64,000 nucleotides of DNA from Candidatus Woesearchaeota archaeon (GTDB taxonomy: Archaea; Nanobdellota; Nanobdellia; Woesearchaeales; ARS49), in the NCBI GenBank assembly GCA_038891615.1, contig JAWADY010000003.1, forward strand, positions 1 through 64,000, written 5' to 3'. The notes beneath the pieces were generated by a model. It saw only the letters and a program-made list of their open reading frames with translations, did no database searches and was not told the DNA's origin. The position numbers were made by a program, and so were the translations under genes. Numbering within the stretch: position 1 is the stretch's first letter; each line of letters starts with the position of its first letter. This document shows positions 19,167 through 27,012 of this stretch, in pieces.

Positions 19167-20039
19167 TCATTCCTCTCTCATACACAGTAGGTTTGTATAA
19201 TCATCTTTTTCAGGTGGATATGCCTCAAGTAATTTAGGAATATTAACTGGTTTAATTCTCTTTTCCTGCTCATTTACTTCATACAGTTTAAAACCAAGTT
19301 CTATAAGTAATTTTAAATATGCATCAGGCCCTATGCCAAATCTTTTAAGCCCAATGGGCCAAAATTCTGTAACAATTTTTACAGTTTTGTTTTTCTTCAA
19401 AAGATTGAGCATACCTTGAACAGCCCCCCACTCTGCTCCTTGAATGTCTATCTTAATAAAATCAACCTTTCCATTGTAATTCTTGAAATAATCATCTAAC
19501 TGTATAACTTCGACTTCAATGGATTTACGACCATCGTGTGAGTCGTATATTCTATGGTCTCCTTTATTGGTTTCAGACAAATACAATTTAACTTTTCCAG
19601 TTTTATTTGAAACTGCCTTTTGTACCAATACTACATTTTTATAACAATTTATTTCCACATTCTTCTTCAGTAAAGAAAAATTAGTCGGATCTGGTTCAAA
19701 GGCAAAAACTTTTCCCTCTTTACCTACAAGTTTTGCGAAAATCAATGTATAATATCCGATGTTAGCTCCAATATCCAAAACAACATTGCCTTTTTTGATT
19801 ACTTTCTTAACAAGATCTGTTTCAAATGGTTCATAAATTCCATCTATTGAAAGATTAAGAGAATCTTTCGAGTCTAAAAACATTTTGTGTCCTTGAACTT
19901 CAGTAAAACTTAATTTTAGATGAGAACGTATGAAGTTATTGGCAACTCTAATAGGATAGAATGTCCCAATCCCGTATCCTGAAAGGATTTTGGTTAGTCC
20001 TTTATATATCGAAACTAGTACTTTGCGCATTTTCATCAT
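19167..20039 (-). CDS. FkbM-family methyltransferase
   Basis: YEP, LDIGANIGYY, AFEPDP.N, FIKIDIQGAE motifs; AT-rich. Confidence 0.92.
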   Translation of the reverse strand: MMKMRKVLVSIYKGLTKILSGYGIGTFYPIRVANNFIRSHLKLSFTEVQGHKMFLDSKDSLNLSIDGIYEPFETDLVKKVIKKGNVVLDIGANIGYYTLIFAKLVGKEGKVFAFEPDPTNFSLLKKNVEINCYKNVVLVQKAVSNKTGKVKLYLSETNKGDHRIYDSHDGRKSIEVEVIQLDDYFKNYNGKVDFIKIDIQGAEWGAVQGMLNLLKKNKTVKIVTEFWPIGLKRFGIGPDAYLKLLIELGFKLYEVNEQEKRIKPVNIPKLLEAYPPEKDDYTNLLCMREE

Positions 20040-20403
20040 CTCATAAGATTAGTTTCACAAAATTTTATTTATTAATCTTTCTAAAGGGCGACCCAGAGGC
20101 AGATTACGTATAGCACTTTAAGCGAGACTCCAGAAGAAAAATATAAACTTGATCTGCAAGCGAATTTTTTTATTTCCCAACGAAAAGGGAAATACAAAAC
20201 AAGCCTGACAATCCAATAAATTGTCAAATCAACTCCAAGAAAGCGGAAATAAAGAAGAATACTTTAGAGTTCTTTTAAGGAGAAGATTAATTACCTAAAA
20301 TAAGTTAACAAGAACCCGAAAACTGATTCTTATATAGTTTGCTTAAAACTCTAAAGTCGTTTTGTTTTCAAATCTTGCTTGGATTTCAGAAGCCCCTTAA
20401 CAA

Positions 20404-20808
20404 TCATTCGGGAAGTCTAAACTCCTCGAACCTCACCTGTTTTGCCGCAACAACATCCCGAACTTGGCGCTCTATAGGGCTTAGTCCAGCCTTTCCGGAC
20501 TTCACTTCAACAAAAGCAATTTCTCGTATGTTCTTTTCATCCATTCCTTTGAAAACAACAAAATCAACAGGTTTACCAATAAACCTAATTTCTGTTGGAC
20601 TATAAGGAAAGCCAGGAAGATAGGGGGCTAGTTGTTCTGTAAAAAGTCCTTTAAGGACAGCCCTTGATTTTAGTGCAGCTTCTTCGCGAATGAGTGGTAG
20701 ACTTTGCCTCCACTTATAGCTTGTTATGAGCCAGCCAAAGAAGTATCCAAGCGCAAGAAGTGCTAAAACCGCAATGCCTGCAATGAGGTAAACAAAAAAA
20801 GAAACCAT
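20404..20808 (-). CDS. Holliday-junction-resolvase-like endonuclease (Endonuc_Holl) with an N-terminal TM
   Basis: SRAVLKG...EQLAPYLP, RFIGKPVDFVVF.G, FVEVKSG motifs. Confidence 0.88.
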   Translation of the reverse strand: MVSFFVYLIAGIAVLALLALGYFFGWLITSYKWRQSLPLIREEAALKSRAVLKGLFTEQLAPYLPGFPYSPTEIRFIGKPVDFVVFKGMDEKNIREIAFVEVKSGKAGLSPIERQVRDVVAAKQVRFEEFRLPE

Positions 20809-20813
20809 AAATC

Positions 20814-21335
20814 CTATCTCTTTCCACCAGCTCCGAAGTAGAAGAATTTATCTATAGAAACATCATCTGAAGTGTAGTTTCCTTGCCTTGGATGCGCTTC
20901 CTTCTCTGCTTTTTCTCCAACTGTTTTTGTTTCTACTCGCGCTAGGGGTTGTTCTGAAGGTTGTTGAACTTTTTCTGTAACCTTCTTTAGCTCAAACCTA
21001 AGCTGGCCGATTTCTGTCTGAAGTGCTGAGATGGATGCCTTTAGCTCTTCAAACCTTTTTTCATAAAACTTGTTGTTTGCTTCAAGAAGCATTTCAAATC
21101 TTTTTTGTTCGAGCGTGCTTATGGGCAGCTTTTGGTAATTTGTCTGCGCTTCGCTTTTGATTGGCTCTTGGGAAGGCTTTTCCACAACCAAAGCAACGCC
21201 GTTAGCTGCGGTGAGCTCTTCTGGAGCATAAACTTGGTCTGCTTGTATGAGTGCCTCCTCAGAACTTGTTGCAAAATTGTGTCTTTGCAGCTCTTTAACA
21301 AGCACGTTCACCTTCTTAAGCTTTTCAACATCCAT
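20814..21335 (-). CDS. conserved hypothetical coiled-coil protein
   Basis: GGAGG SD; C-terminal PRQGNYTSDDVSIDKFFYFG. Confidence 0.7.
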   Translation of the reverse strand: MDVEKLKKVNVLVKELQRHNFATSSEEALIQADQVYAPEELTAANGVALVVEKPSQEPIKSEAQTNYQKLPISTLEQKRFEMLLEANNKFYEKRFEELKASISALQTEIGQLRFELKKVTEKVQQPSEQPLARVETKTVGEKAEKEAHPRQGNYTSDDVSIDKFFYFGAGGKR

Positions 21336-21359
21336 GTTGTTTCCTCCTATTGTTTGTTT

Positions 21360-21587
21360 TCATTTTGTAGCCGGCTGGAATTGCACAACACCATCACGAA
21401 AGATGACCCTTACTGGCTTTATTTGCCGCGGGAAGCTCTCACTTGGTAGTGTAGCAAGCATTGGTGTACATTTTCCACAGTAGAACTTTCGACCATCTGC
21501 TCGTTCTACACACCTTTCGCAGAGCTTTGAGCCGCACCAATTGCAAGCTCCAATTGCATCAAGCCGGCTATGAGTTTGACAACGCAT
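21360..21587 (-). CDS. small B-box-like zinc-finger protein
   Basis: C..H.......C..C....C..C..........C..C pattern. Confidence 0.7.
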   Translation of the reverse strand: MRCQTHSRLDAIGACNWCGSKLCERCVERADGRKFYCGKCTPMLATLPSESFPRQIKPVRVIFRDGVVQFQPATK

Positions 21588-21589
21588 TT

Positions 21590-22309
21590 TTACCTGCTAA
21601 AATTCTCTTTGATAAATTGAACCATCATATCATTCTTTGCTAGTGTGTATGCATCCAGAGATGTTTTCAGAAGTCCTTCTCTTAGGCATGCGTCGCCAAC
21701 AGCTGTTAGTCCTTCTTTGTCCTGTGCAAGTTCAAAAGCTTTTAGAGCATAGCCATACTGTCGCTCCGCAAGGCACACCCTGCCAACCTTTGCAAGAGCA
21801 GCCTTGTTGCCAATTGCCTCAAAGACCTCGATTGCATAATCCCATTTCGACTTTGCGAGGCAATCTTCACCAACCTTTGTGAGCCATTCTTTGTCATTCA
21901 AAGTCTTGAAAGCTTTTATTGCAGCAGCCAGTTTGCCATGCTCAAGGCACTTTTTTCCAATTGCCATGAGCCTGACAAAGTTGTCCGCAAGCCTATAGCA
22001 GTCTATTGCTTGTTCATAAAGCGCAATCCGTTCATACTCATCCCCGATTTCAGTCAGCTTTTCTTTGTTGCCAGCAAGGATGAATGTTTTGATTGCTTCT
22101 TCAAATTTTCCCTTTCTGAAGTACTCTTCTCCAAGAGCATTCAAAAGGTTTTGTCTCATCTCTTCGTTGAACATAGAGAGATTAAGGTTATCAATCCCCT
22201 TTTCAAGAAGGCTTGGTATTATGTTCTTGAATTGCTCAAGCAATTTGGACTGTTTTATCCCAATTTCAATAACTCCTGGTATTTTTTTGAGAATGACGGT
22301 ATCTGCCAT
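21590..22309 (-). CDS. alpha-solenoid protein with six 29-aa repeats
   Basis: Repeated L..(I/V)G..CL..G....A...F unit; SD GAGGTGAT before ATG 22309. Confidence 0.8.
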   Translation of the reverse strand: MADTVILKKIPGVIEIGIKQSKLLEQFKNIIPSLLEKGIDNLNLSMFNEEMRQNLLNALGEEYFRKGKFEEAIKTFILAGNKEKLTEIGDEYERIALYEQAIDCYRLADNFVRLMAIGKKCLEHGKLAAAIKAFKTLNDKEWLTKVGEDCLAKSKWDYAIEVFEAIGNKAALAKVGRVCLAERQYGYALKAFELAQDKEGLTAVGDACLREGLLKTSLDAYTLAKNDMMVQFIKENFSR

Positions 22310-22404
22310 TTGAATCACCTCGAGCCTCTATTAAATATACTAATATATAAATATTATGTTTTTGTATACTCAATATTTTTAAAGTTTTATATGCTAGTGT
22401 TTTT

Positions 22405-22878
22405 ATGGCAAAGGATATTTTATCCGTCCTTAAGGAATTCGCGCTCACAAGGATAAAACATTTGGACATCTTCAAAAAAGAAATATCTTTAATAGAGCCC
22501 CAAAGTGATGGTTTTATCGTACATGGCACCTTCGGCAAGAAAAGATACTACATTATGCGAACGCTAGATTTTGAGAAGATTCGCAACATGCCGCAAGAAG
22601 AGGCTGCCACAGTGGTTGTTCCTAATACTAAGGAAAATTTTCAAAGCTTGCTCGAAGGATGGCAAGAGCTTTTAAAGCGCTCTTCACTTTGCATATGGTT
22701 TGTAAATCCATACTCTTTGCTTGAGAAGATCTGGATTGTTTGCCCAAGTGTGCACGCTTCGATAGCAGATCATGCCTCTCTTAAAAAAGGGCTTATGTCG
22801 ATGGCTGCAACAGTTGAGCTTTTTGAAGAAATAACTCCTGAACAAGCGGGCAACCTTGTGAGAAATGTTGGGCTCTAA
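22405..22878 (+). CDS. conserved hypothetical protein
   Basis: NTKENF..L...W, FVNP, W...P..H motifs. Confidence 0.7.
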   Translation: MAKDILSVLKEFALTRIKHLDIFKKEISLIEPQSDGFIVHGTFGKKRYYIMRTLDFEKIRNMPQEEAATVVVPNTKENFQSLLEGWQELLKRSSLCIWFVNPYSLLEKIWIVCPSVHASIADHASLKKGLMSMAATVELFEEITPEQAGNLVRNVGL

Positions 22879-22940
22879 GCCAGAATGTAAAAAGGTTAAA
22901 AAAATTTATAAATAAACCAGGCGCTTAATTTCCTTGGTGG

Positions 22941-23948
22941 GTGAAGACAATGGCTAAAGATGATGCTATTTACATTTATGGTACTGGGGTCTGCAGGTTC
23001 TACTGTGGCGCAGACCTTGCCAGGGTGCTCGCTTCAAAGAGCATCCCTCTTGATATTAGGCTTGTTTACGACCTTGATGAAAGCATGACTGATAAGGGCG
23101 TCACAAAAGAATTTATTCTTGATTTCTGTTTGCAAAAGCCCTCAATAACACTTGTAAAAAGGACGAAAGAGATAGATGCTCAAAGCAAGATCAGAGTTAA
23201 ATATCACAACAAGAAACCATTTGGTTGGATGAGTGAAGAACATCTTCCTAATGGTCTTGAGTTCATTTTGGACACAAACAAGGCAAAATTCTCCGCGCTT
23301 AGAACAATTGAAAATGTTGACTATGAACGGCTCAAAAAGGACTTTGGCGCTTCCGAGCGCAAGATAATTCTCGCAGGAAGCGTGAAAGAAGACGAAATAA
23401 CAAACGCGATGGACTGGTATGTTTCCTTTTCTGCATGCTTTGGAGAACCAACTGCTTTGCTTGTCGCTCCAAGGGATGAGCGCGGGATAAGGCTTGCAAA
23501 AGCACACGCTGAAAAAAATTTTTATCCTTGCTCATTTAGGTCAAGTTATTCCTTTTCAGGCAACAAGAGCTCAGAAATGATCATTCTTGACACCCTCGGC
23601 GAACTGAGATATTTTTACTCAATAGCCAGCGCAGCGTTCATTGGCAGCAGCATGGACCCGCAAGAAAATGGCTCAAACCCGCTTGAAGCCGCATACTTTG
23701 GTATTCCTGTCTTTTTTGGCCAAGGGATGGCTCTTAACAAGGAGCTTGCTGATGGACTTTTAGAAACAGGGATTGGTAAGATGGTGCGTTCTTTTGATGA
23801 GCTTGGCTACAATCTCAAACAAAGTCTTCGCAGCGGCGTGTCAGAACATGTTATCCAGGCAACAAAGGCTTACATTGGTGCAAATATGTCTGGAAATGAT
23901 GAGTATGCAGATTTTATTGTCACCAAACTTAATTTCAAAAAAAGGTGA
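22941..23948 (+). CDS. glycosyltransferase resembling Kdo transferase WaaA/KdtA (GT30)
   Basis: ILAGS, LLVAPR, LDTLGELRYFYSIASAAFIGSSM, GSNPLEAAYFGIPVFFG. Confidence 0.75.
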   Translation: MKTMAKDDAIYIYGTGVCRFYCGADLARVLASKSIPLDIRLVYDLDESMTDKGVTKEFILDFCLQKPSITLVKRTKEIDAQSKIRVKYHNKKPFGWMSEEHLPNGLEFILDTNKAKFSALRTIENVDYERLKKDFGASERKIILAGSVKEDEITNAMDWYVSFSACFGEPTALLVAPRDERGIRLAKAHAEKNFYPCSFRSSYSFSGNKSSEMIILDTLGELRYFYSIASAAFIGSSMDPQENGSNPLEAAYFGIPVFFGQGMALNKELADGLLETGIGKMVRSFDELGYNLKQSLRSGVSEHVIQATKAYIGANMSGNDEYADFIVTKLNFKKR

Positions 23949-23949
23949 C

Positions 23950-24039
23950 TACGGCGCCCGGGAATCGAACCCGGACTAGAAGCTTTCTCCAGCAGGCTTT
24001 GCTTGGGAAGCTCCTGTCATACCACTAGACCAGCGCCGT
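23950..24039 (-). tRNA. tRNA-Gly(CCC) with a 19-nt intron (23985-24003)
   Basis: ACGGCGC/GCGCCGT acceptor, GGAGC-TTCCCA^A-GCTTC, BHB-type pairing TTCC/GGAG, CCGGG-TTCGATT-CCCGG. Confidence 0.9.
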
Positions 24040-24241
24040 GTATGTGCTTTAGCGATTTGGGTTTTAAAAAGCTTTATCAAAGCTGAAGCCTTTTTTACAT
24101 TGCCTTTTCTCTTTTTAATGATTGATTTGATTAAAATTGAGAAAATCATGCCTGTGTGAGAATAGTCAAAAAAAAAGATTGCCAACTTTGTATCTTAGAG
24201 GGAGACTTTTGTTTATTTCTGCACAACAAAAATGAGAATCT

Positions 24242-24517
24242 TTAAGTAGACTCGCTTTCTTCTCCTGCCCCAGAAGGCATTGCAGCTCTGCTTATTATCA
24301 TTATGTCACCAATCGCCTTTACAAGTTGGTGAGGGACAACGACTCCTTTCGCACTTCCTAGGATTTTACTTAGGAATGAATTTTTTGTTGCCTTTATGCG
24401 CCAGCCATGAATTTTTGTTTGACTAAGCATAAGCTCCTCAACATCTCCAAAATAATCTCCAGAATCTGTAAAAACCTTTATATCAAAACATTCGGTTACC
24501 CTTTTCATCTTGAGCAT
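24242..24517 (-). CDS. PRC-barrel domain protein
   Basis: VFTDSGDYFGDVEEL...VVVPHQLVKAIGDIMII. Confidence 0.88.
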   Translation of the reverse strand: MLKMKRVTECFDIKVFTDSGDYFGDVEELMLSQTKIHGWRIKATKNSFLSKILGSAKGVVVPHQLVKAIGDIMIISRAAMPSGAGEESEST

Positions 24518-24638
24518 TCCCAATCCCTCCTTTTAGCCTTCATGATTTAACTTTTAAGTGGTATTGCTTGCAAAGAAGTTTCGGATATATAAAGCTTTTG
24601 TGAAAACCTTTAAAAGGCGTATTGGGAGACATTCAAAA

Positions 24639-25340
24639 ATGAGATATAAAAATTTAACCATAATCGGAACTTCGCATATCTCTCCGGAGAGCATACGTGT
24701 TGTTGAAAGGATAATAAGGCAAAAGAAACCGGCAGTCATTGCACTTGAGCTAGATAAGCAAAGACTAGCCTCCTTATTAGCCCGCCATGGCAAAAGAAAG
24801 CCAACAATTGCTTTAATAAAAAAGGTTGGTTTTAAAGGCTGGCTTTTTGCAATTATCGGCGCGTGGCTTGAACGTAGCCTCGGGAAGAAAGTTGGTACAG
24901 TTCCCGGAAGTGAGATGCTAAAGGCCGTCCAACTCGCTCGAGAGCTAAGGATCCCGATTGTACTAATAGACCAGGACATAACAATAACCCTCAAGAGATT
25001 ATCAGAAGCCATAACATGGAAAGAAAAATGGCATCTGCTACTTGATGTCTTTGGAGCGCTACTTTTCAGACATGGCGTGGATTTCGACATCTCAGGGGTG
25101 CCGAGCAAGCGACTCCTTGAGAAACTGATTTCTCATGTAAAAGCGCGCTATCCAAACATCTTTAGGGTTATTGTAGAAGAACGTAATGAGTTCATGGCAA
25201 AGGCACTATCAAGAATTCTTTTTAAATTCAGAAAAAAGCCGATTGTTGCTGTTGTTGGAGCAGGGCATGAAGCTGAAGTGCTAAAATTAGTCAAAAGGTA
25301 TTTAAAGCAGGAATTCGAAACAACTCTAAAAAAGAGGTAG
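24639..25340 (+). CDS. TraB/PrgY-family protein
   Basis: IGTSHIS.ES, ALELD..R, PGSEM, LIDQDI.IT, ERNEFMA, AVVGAGH motifs. Confidence 0.9.
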   Translation: MRYKNLTIIGTSHISPESIRVVERIIRQKKPAVIALELDKQRLASLLARHGKRKPTIALIKKVGFKGWLFAIIGAWLERSLGKKVGTVPGSEMLKAVQLARELRIPIVLIDQDITITLKRLSEAITWKEKWHLLLDVFGALLFRHGVDFDISGVPSKRLLEKLISHVKARYPNIFRVIVEERNEFMAKALSRILFKFRKKPIVAVVGAGHEAEVLKLVKRYLKQEFETTLKKR

Positions 25341-25341
25341 G

Positions 25342-26055
25342 ATGGCCATCATTGGCTTTTCAAAGGAGGAACTTAAAGATTTTTTTGTAGTTATCCTTGT
25401 CCTTGCATTTATTGCATCCTTTAACGAATGGGGGGAGGAAGTATTTGATTTCGGAGTAGGAATCAAGAATTTTGTTATTTCATTAGTTGTTGTTGCGCTT
25501 TCTGTTGGTCTGCATCACCTTGCCCAGCGTTGGTGGGCAGACCGCGAAGGGCTGATTCCAGAACACCGTGTGTGGTGGTTTGGGTTACTTATAGGCCTTT
25601 TGCTTGTTTTTTTCTCAAACGGCAAGATAAAATGGTATGCTGCAACCGCGCTCTATCTTAGGCACACACTTTCGAGAATAGGAAGAGTTCCTTACTATCC
25701 AAAGGCCACACAGATTGGCATTGTAACGCTTATGGGCTTGCTAGCTAATGCGGTGCTTGTTTTGCTGGCAAGAGTTGGCCAACCACTTCTTGGACAGGCA
25801 TTGGCTAACAAGCTTTTTTATTTCAACATTCTCTTTGCCTTGTTAAGCTTGTTGCCCATTCCTCCACTTGATGGTAGCAGGGTTTTCTTTGCTTCAAGAC
25901 CTATTTATGTTTTTGCATTTCTCTCAATTTCAGCATATCTTTTGCTCGCCTACGTCTTCGGCACCATTTCTATAATGTGGTCTGTCATTATTGGAATGGT
26001 AGGCTGGCTCATCTTTCAGCTCGCATTTGAGCGCGGTGCCTGGAAATGGCCATAG
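25342..26055 (+). CDS. M50/site-2-protease-like membrane protein with a degenerate active site
   Basis: HHLAQ in place of HExxH; SLLPIPPLDG. Confidence 0.75.
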   Translation: MAIIGFSKEELKDFFVVILVLAFIASFNEWGEEVFDFGVGIKNFVISLVVVALSVGLHHLAQRWWADREGLIPEHRVWWFGLLIGLLLVFFSNGKIKWYAATALYLRHTLSRIGRVPYYPKATQIGIVTLMGLLANAVLVLLARVGQPLLGQALANKLFYFNILFALLSLLPIPPLDGSRVFFASRPIYVFAFLSISAYLLLAYVFGTISIMWSVIIGMVGWLIFQLAFERGAWKWP

Positions 26056-26363
26056 ATTTTGGCAAAAACTGGGCAGAGTTCTTCATCATTGTTGCCTTTT
26101 TTATTGGATTTGGACTTGCGATTTTCAGCAGGAGTGCAATTGTTCTTTATGCATTGGCTGCACTAATTGGGATTATGATTGGAGTATGGCTCCGTTCTAT
26201 TAAGGGCAGAAAAAGAGTGCCTTTAGTTTTCATATTTGCAGGATTTGTTCTTGGTTATCTCGCAGGTGCAATTGCTGCCAACAGAACCGCTTTGCTTGCG
26301 ATAACTTTAATAGGGATTGCTTTAGGTTGGGCATTGCATGCTAGAAAAATCATTAGTGGTTAA
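26046..26363 (+). CDS. small membrane protein (4 TM)
   Basis: Hydrophobic ORF overlapping both neighbours. Confidence 0.7.
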   Translation: MAIDFGKNWAEFFIIVAFFIGFGLAIFSRSAIVLYALAALIGIMIGVWLRSIKGRKRVPLVFIFAGFVLGYLAGAIAANRTALLAITLIGIALGWALHARKIISG

Positions 26364-26931
26364 GCTTGCACCAGCTGTGTGGAAGATTGTCGGAACCTCA
26401 AACATCTATCTTATTCAAAGCCAAGATAGCTTTACGCTCATAGATGCTGGCCTGCGTTCAGAGCGCAAACAGCTGCAGCTTTTCCTTGGCGGACTTGTTG
26501 AGTTAGACTTAATTGAGCGAGTTATTTTTACCCATCTACACTATGACCATTGTGGAAATTTTGACCTTTTCCCAAAAGCGCTTCTGCTTGCGTCAAAGCA
26601 GGAGATAGAGGATTTTAATAAGGTCCCAAGTCAAGCGGTCCTTGATGCTAATATGGCCGCGAAACTAAAAAACGCTCATCTAAAGCCAGTTGACGATGTA
26701 AAACTCCCAGGGCTGGAAATAATTCCAACACCTGGGCACACGCGTGGAAGTATTTGTATATGGATGCCTAAAGAAAAAATATTATTTTCTGGCGACACGT
26801 TGTTCAAAAATTCATTGGGAAGAACAGACCTGCCAACAAGCTCTCCATCAAAAATGCAAGAATCAATCAACCGTCTCGTGGACTATAGTTACAAGATTTT
26901 ATGTCCGGGCCATGATTCCAATTCTATATAG
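26338..26931 (+). CDS. MBL-fold metallo-hydrolase (glyoxalase II-like)
   Basis: THLHYDH, TPGHT.GS, FSGDTLF, GRTDLP, PGH motifs. Confidence 0.92.
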   Translation: MLEKSLVVKLAPAVWKIVGTSNIYLIQSQDSFTLIDAGLRSERKQLQLFLGGLVELDLIERVIFTHLHYDHCGNFDLFPKALLLASKQEIEDFNKVPSQAVLDANMAAKLKNAHLKPVDDVKLPGLEIIPTPGHTRGSICIWMPKEKILFSGDTLFKNSLGRTDLPTSSPSKMQESINRLVDYSYKILCPGHDSNSI

Positions 26932-27012
26932 CATTTCGTTAGCGAACCTTTGACTCACCATTGTGTGAGAGTCGACGCAAAGCATAAAAAGGCAAAAAGA
27001 TTGGTATGTGGA

